Assembly: GCA_951406725.2 (NCBI GenBank) | Contig: OX597815.1 | Span: forward strand, 146,754,001-146,818,000 | Origin: Octopus vulgaris | Lineage: Eukaryota | Direction of reading: 5' to 3' | Length of the DNA: 64,000 bases | The notes under the pieces: generated by a model | The model's input: the letters and a program-made list of their open reading frames with translations, nothing else | Databases searched by the model: none | Told to the model about the DNA's origin: nothing | Part shown: in pieces, positions 43,880-57,583 of the stretch | How the letters are laid out: every line of letters begins with the position of its first letter | How positions within the stretch are numbered: the stretch's first letter is position 1 | Translations under genes and position numbers: made by a program

Positions 43880-44097
43880 AATGACAAGAAGAATATTGAG
43901 CTAAATCTGATAACCAGTCCAGTTGATCTAGCAAGCGGTGCCTCATTTCAGTGAGAAGGGCCAGTGTGCAATGATACCATCGAAAGGTAGGCCCCAAAAA
44001 CCGCTCGCATTCCCTCCTAATGACCCCGTAAACTTGCTGGCATCCAGTAGGCGGAGCCTTCAACTGGTAGCACTTGAATCTTCAATTTATTTGCAAA

Positions 44098-44168
<71 letters not shown>

Positions 44169-44170
<2 letters not shown>

Positions 44171-44529
44171 ACAAGAATTAAGGAATGGTGTAGATAAGAT
44201 CTGGGCTACATATATTTCAGAAGTGGTAAATATCTAAGCGAGATTCTGAAGAGTAGCCTGCGGTATACACATCGCTTGGATATTTACCACTTCCGAGGTT
44301 CCGCTCGCTATGAAACATATGTAACCCGGATCTTATCTACTCCATTCCTTAACTCTTGTATTCTTATTCGCAAAAGCGGCAATTCTTGTCGCCTACCGTG
44401 AAATATAAAAAAATAACTTTTTTTCAGACTATCGTACTTCGACACGAATGAAATCCATAACCTTCAGTCTATCGTACGGATTGCTTGAAGCTAACTTTCT
44501 GTCTACACCTCGAACGCTGGACCTTATAC

Positions 44530-44530
<1 letters not shown>
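44169..44530 (+). mobile_element. Fold-back element 2: imperfect inverted arms (44169-44241 / 44272-44361), 30-nt loop, ~170-bp tail; putative Penelope-like remnant
   Basis: ATACAAGAATTAAGGAATGGTGTAGATAAGATC pairs with GATCTTATCTACTCCATTCCTTAACTCTTGTAT. The left arm lacks about 17 nt. Flanked by (TA)n and (TG)n. Confidence 0.7.
44246..44323 (+). ncRNA. Hammerhead-like motif with extended stem II (stem I degenerate)
   Basis: CTGAAGA-GTAGC-CT-GCGG-[loop]-CCGC-TC-GCTAT-GAAAC-ATAT-GTA: canonical core boxes, paired stem II, palindromic ATAT loop, GUA site. Confidence 0.5.
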
Positions 44531-44598
<68 letters not shown>

Positions 44599-45283
44599 TG
44601 CGCTTGTGTGCCTGTGTGCATGTATGTATTCATGTATGTATATGTGTATCGGGTTGAATTGACCAGCAAGTTTCGCTTGTACCTGTTAACTTATTCAACT
44701 ATCTAGTCAACCTATGTAAAAAGAAAAGAATACTTAAAACTTAACAATTTCATAGACATAACATTAACAATTAGAAGGCAGAAGATTCAAATGTAAATAA
44801 GTTTCATTACAAGTCATGCTAGTATTTTCCCCTCATTCTAGAGTGATATCAACACTGACTGGTTTTGTTGAACATGTACCTTAATATGAATCGTTGTCTT
44901 CAACCACCAGTATAACTAAGTAAATGAAAATTTACGAAATGTATCACACTAACGCAATGGGGAAACTACAAGGCAATGGTTACTAAAGTACCAGTACAGT
45001 ATAGAAATTATTAAATCATACTTAATGTGGAAAGATTCATCATTACAAAAAAAAAACAGAATGTAGGTATCGACAATAACCCAGTGAGAAAATCCATTAT
45101 CGATAAGTATATTGAATATTTATCCAAGTTTAGAACCAAAGTAGAGGCATTAAGACATACTAAATTAGGAAGAAGAGCAATACGGAATACACAGGCACAC
45201 ATTCACGCACACATTGTGGTGTTATATATATATATATGTATGTGTGTGTATGTGTGTGTGTGTGCGTGTGCGTGTGTGTATGT

Positions 45284-45545
45284 GCATGGCTCAGTTGTTA
45301 GAGCGCTGAGATCACAACATGAGGTAGTAAGTTCAATATGCCGACCGGTCTTGAGCATGGCAGTTTATTTCACATTGGTGCAGGTCATTTAGGTGTAGAA
45401 ATAACATAGTTGGTGTGAGGAGAGGAGATTGGTACGCATGGGAAACGGCTGATCTTCCATAGACAACATTGCCCGGATTTGTGTTTCGAAGGGTAACTTT
45501 CTTGGTGCAATCCCATGTTCAGTCATGACCGAGAGGAGTATTTAT
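45284..45545 (+). mobile_element. tRNA-derived SINE
   Basis: A-box TGGCTCAGTTGTTAGAGCG and B-box-like AGTTCAAT, followed by a ~200-bp non-tRNA body. Confidence 0.65.
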
Positions 45546-45596
45546 TCTTCGCCCCATGTACATTGTGTGCGTGTCTACGTATATATGTATGTGTAT

Positions 45597-45636
<40 letters not shown>

Positions 45637-45728
45637 ACACACACATATATATATATGTATATATATATATATACACACTCACTTACACACACACACACAC
45701 ATATATGTACGTACACGCACACACACGC

Positions 45729-45777
<49 letters not shown>

Positions 45778-46142
45778 CCATACTCATATATACTTAGATA
45801 TAATTCATACAATAGTATAAAATTCATCAATAATATAAACTAAAACATTAAATAAATGTACATATAATGATAATATTTATTATATCGCATGGATAACTTC
45901 AATGTTTTGGTCGTAGTTGTTTTTTGCAGGGAATAGACACAGATGATTTAACAAATCTAGCAATTATTTGTTTGCTTCCTTCTAGACAAATGTGAAATCA
46001 GAAAGCGGAATGATGAAACAAATTTATTTACTCCAGGATTCTATGGTATCAGACAACTCTGACTTAACAATAATACATCATTAAATTGTGTAGAGAAACA
46101 ACAACAGCTGAAATATTGATCAAAATTCTTATAAGAAACATG

Positions 46143-46476
<334 letters not shown>

Positions 46477-48337
46477 TAATGTGGTGTTGCATTAGTGCAA
46501 GGTCAAGCGTGAGCATGATTGCAGAACGATCGCATGAATCGTGTTTTTATCGATCACGGGTCGATAAAAATCGACATTTTTGCATTTTTTCAAAACCACG
46601 TCTATTATTTATTCCTAAATATATGTTAGGTTCCTACGCTTACCAATATACGATATGCACATCTACATAGTGATTATCTCAAAACTAGTTAGAGGGTTGG
46701 TGGAGTAGTCTAAATTTGTGAAGCAGAGCAGATATAATTAGCCAAAGCATGTTACCAATGGTCTTCTGTACTTGTCTAAAGAATCAAAACATAATTATCT
46801 TGTGACTAATGCTGTTTATTTTCTGCGGCACTGCATAATCATTCCTAGTGACCTTCCTCTTTGCTTTCATCAGTAATTATTTGAAAGCTACTGCATTATA
46901 TGAGGATATCATGTCTATATAAATAGACAGTATCGTAGGTAAAGAATCCCTTATGTGCACCCTGAATCATATTGCCAATACTATCAAAAATACATAAACA
47001 ATTTAAATGACTCCCGACTAACATTTACGGAGATCAGCTGGTGAAATGGAACCCAAGAACATGCTTGATATCTTAGAATAAAAACTGCTCACGCTTCAAT
47101 CATACATTAGTGAATTTCTGAAAATAATCTGATGTCGGAAATCGTATGACGTCAGAAATATCAGGTTGAATATTTTTATTCCAAAGAAACCTTATTTGCT
47201 TCGCCTAACAAGGACTATCTGATATCTTAGGTTTGCAGGATGTATTTTGATATGATGCACTGAAACTTCACCACAACAGCAATGAAATGATAAGTGAACA
47301 ACAACAATTATAATTCTTTCTAATTTTGGAACAATGCCATCAATTTTGAAAAGAGAAATCGATTATATCAATCCCAATGTTAAACCGGTACTTATTTTAT
47401 CAACCAGAGAACAAGAAAAGGCAAAGTTGACCCTCGCGTGATTTGCACTCAGAACATAAAGAGCATTGCCGATTCACCCTCAGTGCATAATATGCTTGTG
47501 AGTGCCTAAATACTGATAAAAATAATCTTTACTATACACATAATCTGGACGCAAAATGATACAAACTGCAGTACAGTATTAACATAAATGTGTCACACCT
47601 GTTTTGTAAATGTATGCCTAAATAAATAACTTCAACTCCCAAAATTGTATCAGTTGCTTTCTTGGAGGTAAGGCACAATCCACTGACTGGTTATCATTCA
47701 AAAATACTTGTAACTAAAACGGGCTAGTAGAAAACTCCTCATATGATGTTCAAATAAAATTATATATCAAAATTTGTGTTCTCGACGGGGCTCTCCTAGA
47801 ATATTGTCAAGAAGCTTGATTGTTGAGCTTACCTTTTGTAGTCAATGATTTAAATAAGATATTTACCCTCCATGATTTGACGAGTAATGTTAACTTACTG
47901 CTTTTCTGTTATAAACAATCTCATTCAGTTGAAGGGCCAAGATGTAATTGCTACATCCAAATCTTACATTTTATGCCGTGCTTTTGACATCCTCAGAGAG
48001 GATGATCTTGAAGCCGAGAATATTAACTAACGGAGACAATATTTACATATCATCTGTGGAAAATCAACTAGATCTCATAATGCAGGGAAACGGTTAAATG
48101 ATCAAGTAATTGCACGCCTGGAGAACTACGTTGTGTGGAAACAATTGTAGTGATTAAGAATTAAATGCCCAACCGTACTCCTTTTTGTTGACTTCAATTT
48201 TTTTCAATTATATATATATATACATACATAAATACATACGTATACATATTCATACACCCACATATATATGTATGTATATGCATATATATATATGTATATA
48301 TACATATATATATATACACATACACACTTATACATAC

Positions 48338-48431
<94 letters not shown>

Positions 48432-50564
48432 AGCATAAGTGAGTCTCAATAGTCAATATTAGAATTGTATTGAGGTTACATTTAAGAATACAATAATGAT
48501 TCTTATAACTTGAATTATACCGTAGAAACTTAAATCTTCTTCATACAAATGAGCTTAACATAATGTTGGCTTCGTGGGAAGCATTTATCAAGTACCTAAC
48601 AACAACGCAAATATGCTTGATACACTACATAATCGTGTAAACACACACATACTCACATACACGTTTATTCATACTCAGCTATATACAGACATTCATGCAA
48701 ATACACACATACATACACACACACACACACATACACACGTAGACATACACACATCGTATATTCGTGTATGCGTTGGGTATTTATATAGTATATGTTAAAA
48801 TGAATCGCATCCACACGTTGATTCAAAGTATTTTCCTATTTATTTTGGTACTTATTTTGTCGATATCAAAATATTACAGATTTTATTAAAAATATATACT
48901 GATTTATACAGATGAAAATACAGGTTTTATTGAAAATAAATAATCATATGGAACTTGACACACAAGCTTATGTAAGCATGAACACACTCTTTTATTCATG
49001 TATACGTATACACACACACACAGAATCTCACATGCATACAAAGACACACACACGCGCGAAAACACACAAACACACACACTTATATATAAATATGTATATA
49101 TGTATAAAGATTTAGTTATTTCATTATTAAATGAATGTAAGCGTCAGTATGAAATAAGAAAGCCAGGATATCTAATATCCTTATACTGTTTAATAAACTG
49201 AGGAATAAAGAAAATTGAGACATTTAGCTGTGCAAATGTTCAAACATTACTTTCATTCTACAATCCTATTGGTCGTTGGTAGATTCTTGAAAGAACATTG
49301 TGTGTTTAAAAACAATTAAATTCAGAAATCTAACTTTACTATATTGTGTGATTAGGGCGTTGACTTGGAATAATCCTTAGGCAAAATGCTTAACGGCAGT
49401 CTTTTCGTTTTAAGTTCAAATGCTGCCGAGGTCGAATTTGCCATTCATTCTTTCAAAGTCGATAAAATACGTACCATTTGTGGACATTTGTCAAAACTTG
49501 AAGCCAATAGTTTGTTTAATAAATCTTTTAGTTTATATATTGAAATATAACATGTCACAATATTTCTCAATTGAATTGAATTTAAAACAAATTAAGTGAG
49601 GTTTCAAACGACAAATTCGTGACAATATATATTTTAGCGAAATATGATCCGTACATAACCAAGAAAACATTTATTTAGTAAAATATCTCTTGTTCTTGGA
49701 TCAATTTTAATATTCAATCAGATTGTGAAATACACAGATGAACGATTGAAAAACATACAAAAACTGTTAAATTCAGTTAAACATTTATTATTTATGTAAA
49801 TATTTCGTCTCACTGACTGAGACCTGGAGACATAATTCCACAACAACTTTGACACCAAATAGTAAATGTTTAAGTGAACTCTTTGTGCGTTTAGTGTATT
49901 TTAAATCGCAAATATGTCTTAAACTATGTAATTGTTTTTACTTTTAGCACACGGTCTCAAGTAATATCATTTACCAGACAAATACGTCCCCGAATTACTT
50001 TTTATTCATTTAATTGGAAAGTTAAGTCTTACTCTCTGCCTGTTATGAAGTGAATTTAATGAGGAAAGTAACTATCCACTCCAAATTGTGCCCACGGCGC
50101 TACCACTTCTGAATACGGCGTAAAAGAAAACTTTCACACGCTTTGCATTTGGCCACTAAATGTAACAGAATAATTCAAATCAATTTAACCAACGCCAGTT
50201 GTTTAGCCCAAGGTCAAGCTTAATTGAGCAAATCCTCTATCAAATGCAACAAACCATGATCATAGAATTCTTTTAAGTAGATAAAAGAAGACCCACATCG
50301 TATAGCAAATAATGTGTTAGTAGAGGCTTCTCTACTGGCTCATAATAGACGCCAGTACTTCAACGAAATGGAAGGATAAAAGGCTGGTTTCTACTCGGTT
50401 GAATTTCAAGTCAGAACGTAATATGACGTAACCAAATACCGCGAGCCTTTTGTCAGATTTTTTGGAAAATAACGTAAATTATTACTAAATCTCCATTTCC
50501 AAACACGTATATATTTCTATATGGATGCTGCTAATATATCTGTTTGGCGCCTGTTATTCATATA

Positions 50565-50615
<51 letters not shown>

Positions 50616-50914
50616 CCACCATGATAATTGTGCTATCGTCTTGTTATCATGCACATGGATTCTAAATACTTATTCCCATCACTTCGCACATACACCAGAG
50701 TATATAATATATGCAAGAAGCAAATTTTTATATTCCGGTTCTTTATTGTAAAGCCATACATAATCAATATCTACATTTACCACCCATTTACATATTTTCG
50801 ATCCTTCTACTTTCATTCTGTCTCACACTTAACATCCCCCAGTGTACTTTTCTCTCCATCCCTCTCTTTAAAATGTTTGTGTCTCTCTTTGTGTGTCTAC
50901 GTATAGATATGTAT

Positions 50915-50960
<46 letters not shown>

Positions 50961-51002
50961 TGTGTGTGTGTGTATACCCGAGTAAGCATATAAATATTAA
51001 GT

Positions 51003-51120
51003 AAGAGAATATATAATACTCGAATACCGGAGGTAGTCTAATATGCTTTATTATCAAACCTGCAAAAATATAACAAAGAAATGCTGCTCAGGGTTTCACG
51101 TTCACGTTCATGCAGCAGTT
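51003..51120 (-). mobile_element. Decayed hammerhead-bearing terminal fragment (Penelope-like?)
   Basis: Minus strand AACTG-CTGCATGA-ACG-TGAA-CGT-GAAAC-CCTGA-GCA-GCATTT, then AATAAA. The core has an extra C and GCA replaces GUH. Confidence 0.4.
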
Positions 51121-51714
51121 CGGCAAAAGGCATCGATAGAATAAATACCAGGCTTACAAAGAATAAGTCCAGGGATGGATTTCTGATTTGTAATAAATGC
51201 ACTGAACACTACCACACATACATCATCAAACCAGCAATGACTAACGTACGTTCATCATAACGATAGTATAAAAATCACAAGAGCATTTCATATCGTACAC
51301 ATCCACATGGTAACACCAGCAGCTATAGTCGTCAATGGATACAGTGCACCCACTGACCAAATGCCAACAGGTCGGGGGTCATCGCAACGACCCATTAGCC
51401 ATCAGCAGACAACATCCCCTCTGATATCGCTATCAGACCTAATTCCTAGCCAGGACTCACTACCGCTTTCACAACAACAGCATCAACAGTAACAACAACA
51501 ACAACAATACATACACACACACACACACACACACATACACGTATATATATATATATATATATATATAAATATAAGCGAGAAGTTGAGGTTATAAGAGATA
51601 ATGGTGTCATTGAAACCCAAAGGTGTCAGGTAATGCTTAATAAGTGCTATAGACCGACCATAGTTAAGTTCTAGAGTCGGTAATAGTTCGAATAAAGGGT
51701 TCAACGTTGGTTCT

Positions 51715-51761
51715 ATGTATGTATGTATGTATGTATGTATGTATGTACGTACGTACGTATG

Positions 51762-51792
<31 letters not shown>

Positions 51793-51912
51793 ATATGTAT
51801 GTATGTATGTATGTATGCATGTATGTATGTATGTATGTATGTATGTATGTATGTATGTATGTATGTATGTATGTATGTATGTATGTATGTATGTATGTAT
51901 GTATGTATGTAT
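51715..51912. repeat. (TATG)n microsatellite
   Basis: Direct observation. Confidence 0.95.
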
Positions 51913-53257
51913 GAACGTAGGTGTGTAATGCGTATGTGTCTGTGCTTTGGCTGTAGCTGTGTATGCATTTTCCTAAAAACGTTTAGTTAAGTTACCATTC
52001 GTCATGAAAATATGATATTAATGAAGAGAAATATGACGTTTGTTATTCTTATAAACATCCATAATGGATCACTTGATAAAATGCCAATGTGCTCAAAGAA
52101 TGTGTTGTGACACCTTAACTGGAAATTTGATCTGCCCTGTAATATTTCTAAAGTCAATATATAATTGAATATTCTTCTGTCTCTTCCCTAGCAAGTCACT
52201 TAAAAACACAAAAGGAAAGACGGCCATTTGTTGAAATATGAAACCGTTAACTTTCTGGGTTTTTTCCAGTACTAAGAATGAATACACTAGCATAATTATT
52301 TTTAAATCGGCTATCATTGAAACGCAGGCTGTTACAGTTGTCATTATCATATTTCAACCATTGTTCTGATATTTTTCTTTTCGCTTGTACTAACTCAATA
52401 ATAATTTCTAAATTCGTGTTACGAGGCGTTATAGTCGATTCATTCCTAAACATCATAGGCAGCAGATGTATATTTCAACACTGATAAGATAATAATTTTC
52501 ATCGTAATAGCAAGTGTATATACAATATAAACTATCCAGTACAAGGTTTTTATGAAGGCTTCCAGTAGTCTTTCAAACATCACAACTCCATATATAATAA
52601 AAATATTGAAGGCAAGATTCGAAGGTAGAAATTAGACAGTCGAAAATAAGTCGACGTTAATGCCTATAAGCACTATGCATTTTACATTTCTGCCTACTGA
52701 AGATAATCTCGTACATCTATAACAGCAATCTTTGTCCTTGACATTAAAACATTTCTACTTCTGTTAAGGTACAAAGTCAGTGAAATAAACCAAATCGAGT
52801 AGTTAATCTGTAATTGTCGTCAACCAAATTATGAAATGAAAAAAATATAATGTAACAAAATTTAGAGGCAGTATATAAAGTAAATACCAAAGCTATTTAA
52901 TGAAATGTTCTAAAGATTCCTGACATAAGTACAAAACTATAAATATGTGTGTGGAGGGGTAAAGTTGATAAAATCGACCCAGTACTTGACAGGAACATTT
53001 CGTTATTGATTCCGTAAACATAGAAAGAAAAAAAAAAACACTCAGCTGTATTTGAAAACAAATCATCGAATGAAGTAATTAAATACTGTAAATAATTTTT
53101 GTCCGTTGCTCTACCAAGCTTTCTACGCATCACATAATTTTGATGCCGATCTATTTATCAAACACTCTTTGATAAATGATAACATTTTATGCTGCAATAA
53201 CTCACAAAACATCAGCTATAACAAAACTAAACATGCATAAAATATATCAGATCCGAA

Positions 53258-53398
<141 letters not shown>

Positions 53399-54674
53399 TT
53401 TTGTATTTTCATAATTCCAATGTATATGCTCTCGTCACCTGTGTTTAGTATCCTCTTAGAAATAATGTGGTCTTATACATGGACAGATGTAATAAATATG
53501 CTTCAAGGTATTGATAAAATATATCTTTTACATTGCAGGGAAAAATACTTCTTGTAATAACTGACGTTATGTATAGAACCAACTCAATATTTTTTTTCTC
53601 CGGGATATTTGATCAGAAAGCAAGATGAAGAATTTATCTGAATAAGGGTTACTTAAATAGGCATAAAACTAGATAATCTATAGAGAAGATATGTATGAAC
53701 AAAATTGTTACATTTTCAGCTGAGAAGTAGTTAAGTGATAAATGGTATTCACGTAGGGATGTTAATAACTGGTTCATGTCAAAATGGATGTTTATTGAAG
53801 CTCTGTATAGATGCTCTCTCTATCTCGCTTGTAATTATTCTATCCCTTCAGGTAACGGAAAAGCAAAGATGACTCTGCCTATATTGAAAAGGGAGATACA
53901 TGCTACGTATGATATACATATGCATATACATATGTGCGTGTGTCCATGTGCGTCTGCATATATGTATATACGTACCTGCATAAATACGTATATGTGTATA
54001 TGTGTATATATATGTATATCTTTATATATATATATATATATATATATCTTTATCTATATATGTATCTGTATCATCATGTATATGTGTATATAAACGAAAA
54101 CGTTTTAAATCATATGAACATCTGCGCTAAGCATAACGTCACTACCTTTCAGTCCAAACTGATGAAATAATTTTTGTCGATACCCTATAGGATTTCACTC
54201 AAGTTTAACCGTCTATATAAACAATCTGGAAGAGGCAAGCAAAAGTTAAACACCTGGAAGAATTCCAATGTACTGCTTTTCTTTTATATCTCTTTCAATA
54301 AAAATTATAGACTGTATCGCTATAGATGAATCATTTTCCCATCGCTACGTGATATATCAGGGAAATGCTAATAATCGATTAAGATTATTAAAAGGAATAA
54401 ATGCAAAAATGTTAATCTATGATTCATTTTTTCTTAACAATCTGGAGTATAGCCTATTTTAATGAAAACAATAACATGTCATTGATACGAATCATGACAT
54501 GTATGTGTTTATGATGTAAGTAGCTAATATACACTTAGCTCCATATATTACATGGAATCAAAGAAAAAGTCGTTTAAGTATAAGCACACACACATAACAC
54601 TGTGTGGTTGCTTCTGTGAGTATAAATGTGTGTGTGTGTCTGTGTATATACATATACATACGTACATATATATG

Positions 54675-54762
<88 letters not shown>

Positions 54763-54769
<7 letters not shown>

Positions 54770-55307
54770 TCGGGGTGAGTACTTGATAATTATAAGCACC
54801 TGTGTATACCGTTTGGTGGTGTAGGTGGTGGAGTAAATTGATCAAAATAAAATAAAAACATGATGCGAAGAATTCAGCGGTACATATGCTTCGGGCCTTT
54901 ATTAGACAGATTTATAACAAAGCATAATGTATGTCTGAGGCCTTCTTCAGCCGCGCACAACAGCTTCCACAAGGACATGTGTTACATCAAAAATTCTTGG
55001 TTGGGGATGCAAATCCTCTCGTTCACGTACGACATAATGTGGCAGCAGCATAGAATTGAAGCGTTGAGAGAAGAAAGAGATGGACGCTTCAATTCTATGC
55101 TGCTGCCGCATTATGTCGTACGTGAACGAGAGGATTTGCATCCCCAACCAAGAATTTTTGATGTAACACATGTCCTTGTGGAAGCTGTTGTGCGCGGCTG
55201 AAGAAGGCCACAGACATACATTATGCTTTGTTATAAATCTGTCTAATAAAGGCCCGAAGCATATGTACCGCTGAATTCTTCGCATCATGTTTTTATTTTA
55301 TTTTGAT

Positions 55308-55311
<4 letters not shown>
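54763..55311 (-). mobile_element. Fold-back element 3: 228-bp inverted arms (54837-55064 / 55084-55311), 19-nt loop, ~75-bp tail (54763-54836), within (TA)n; putative Penelope-like remnant
   Basis: Only two arm mismatches seen (the paired 113-aa ORFs differ only at R/W and W/R outside the loop). Each arm carries a hammerhead fold, and (TA)n lies on both sides. Confidence 0.8.
55194..55271 (+). ncRNA. Type I hammerhead-like motif with A15.1>G (mirror copy at 54877-54954 on minus)
   Basis: Stem I GCGG/CCGC; CTGAAGA; stem II A.C then GGCC/GGCC and AGACA/TGTCT; GAAG instead of GAAA; C-ATAT-G; GUA site. Confidence 0.6.
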
Positions 55312-55368
<57 letters not shown>

Positions 55369-55665
55369 CCCACATATATATACTTGTATAAATACATGCA
55401 CACACACACCGATGTATATTATTTTGCTATGACATAGCGATACCAGTAATCAATTAGGACTCAATGTACGTATGCTTAGACTAAAGCGTGAAGTAACAAC
55501 GGTGTGTAATATTAATTAATAAATTATATAAATCGGTAGTTATGTAATCAGTTTCATTATCCTACAATGATGTCTGCTATAAGAATCATTGCACTGTCAT
55601 ATACATACATGCATCATACATACATGCATACATACATGCATACATACATACATCATACATACATA

Positions 55666-57035
55666 CAAGAGCATAGGAGAAAACTTGTTTCAATGTGGGT
55701 AGATTACAAGAAAGCCTTTGATTCTATACCCCTGTCATGGAGGCTACAAGCCCTTCGACTTGCTAAAGTTTCTTGGGGCGTAGTCAAAGATATATCTGAC
55801 CTGATGTCATCGTGGGGCCACCATCTTGAAATTAAGCAAAAAGAGTGATCGTATTATCACTGATAGAATACAGTATCGCAAAGGCATATTCCAAGGAGGC
55901 AGCCTGTGATGTTGTTTATACTTTCTGTAACCCCCTTGTCATTCATGCTAAGGACGTCTGAGGGATATCACACTGATTTACAAGGAAGCAGAAATACCAA
56001 AATTACACACATAAAGTTTTAAGAGCCTTGACCTAGTTACAACAATCTCAAAGGATGTAGGATTGGAGTTTCAGCAGGATAAATGCTGCTATATGATTGT
56101 GAAAAGGGGGATCACTATAAACAAGACTAGTAACATCCCCATCAATGATCTGACTGTTTTCCTTGTATCTGACGAGGAATGTTACGGGTATCTAGATGTG
56201 GATGAAAATATATTTTACAATGGTACTTATAACAAAATACGTGTCACTAAAGAATATTACAGCCAAATAAAGAAAAATTGGACAGTAGAACTCTCTGCAT
56301 TCAATAAGACAGTGACCCACAATGTGTTTGCAGTGCCAGTACTCATAACATTTGGGCTGCTTGATAGGATGCTTGATGAGATCCGAGGCATTGATATGAA
56401 AATCCGACACTCTATAAGGAAATCCGTTAGAAGGATAATCACGACTACAGAGAAATAAGATCCCACAACATGGTAGAAATCATAGCCACTCATAATGAAA
56501 ATTAATACTGCTGGAATATACCATTGAATAAAATGTAAGAACAACAGACCTGATAAAATGATTTGGGATTGAGGAGAGAAACTGTGGACAGTTGTGGAAA
56601 TTAGCTGGCCGGTGGATGTTAACATGAAGCTGAAGGTCTTTGAAAAGAGAACACCTATGCTGAACTGTAAAAATGTATAAAACTTTCCAGACGTTTATCA
56701 TCTAAATATATATGAGCATGTCTAGATATGCAACTATATGCATGAGGGTACAATCATAGAAAATACAAATCTGCACATACATACATACATACATACATTC
56801 ATACATACATACATACATACATACATACATAATACATAAATACATACATACATACATAAATACATACATACATACATGCATACATACTTACATACATACA
56901 TACATAAATACATACATACATACCAAAAATACTCTGTTGTTGAGGTTGAAATTCCAGTGAAGGAACCTTGGATCTAGGTTAGAAACCAGTTCTTACTCTT
57001 TTGGCAATAAATCTTTTAATTAACTAAAAAGTAAC
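55666..57035 (+). mobile_element. Internally deleted, disrupted R4/Dong-type non-LTR retrotransposon (RT, RLE, 3' UTR)
   Basis: RT motifs WVDYKKAFDSIP (55696) and RKGIFQGGSL (55877), then LEFQQDKC...YGYL...ELSAFNK...FAVPVL and RLE KCKNNRPDKMIWD...VVEISWP. Multiple stops and frameshifts; the YxDD region appears deleted. (TACA)n at both ends and inside the 3' UTR. Confidence 0.88.
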
Positions 57036-57583
57036 ATACATACATATGCATGATCATATACAGATAAATTCAAATATGCGGTAGAAATATGAACAATGAC
57101 AAATGCATTATTTGCAACCAGAAACAAAGTGTGCCTTTGAAATTTAAAACCACATAATTTTCTATGTAAATAAACATGACAAAATATCTTCAGACTGAAC
57201 GCATGGCTACAACTACTTATTATAATTATCAACACCAGAAGTGGTAGTTTATTGCTGTATATATTATTTGATACAGGCTCAAAGACTGAAATTATGCAAA
57301 AATAAAACTTTCTGCCTTTGGAATTTAATGCATCGCGCACACACACGCATCCACCCCCACCCCACCCTCACACACAAGTACCGACGCTGGATTCACGGAA
57401 AATGTCAGTCAGCATTGCACGATATGTTTAATCAATACCCGTGGGACTACATGTGAACAGATGTTGTCTGTTCATACATATGTTGTCCTTGACAATAGAA
57501 AAGATATTTTCGCTCAAATTTGAAGAGCTAATCAAATTTCTCTGTACTGCTGGTTATCCATATTTCGACACCGTTGTGAATAA

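Noticed and set aside
45319-45340. let-7-like TGAGGTAGTAAGTT
   Set aside because: Lies between the A- and B-boxes of a SINE head, diverges in the 3' half, and has no precursor hairpin.
54860-55288. Two near-identical 113-aa ORFs on opposite strands
   Set aside because: A by-product of the palindrome; no recognisable protein features.
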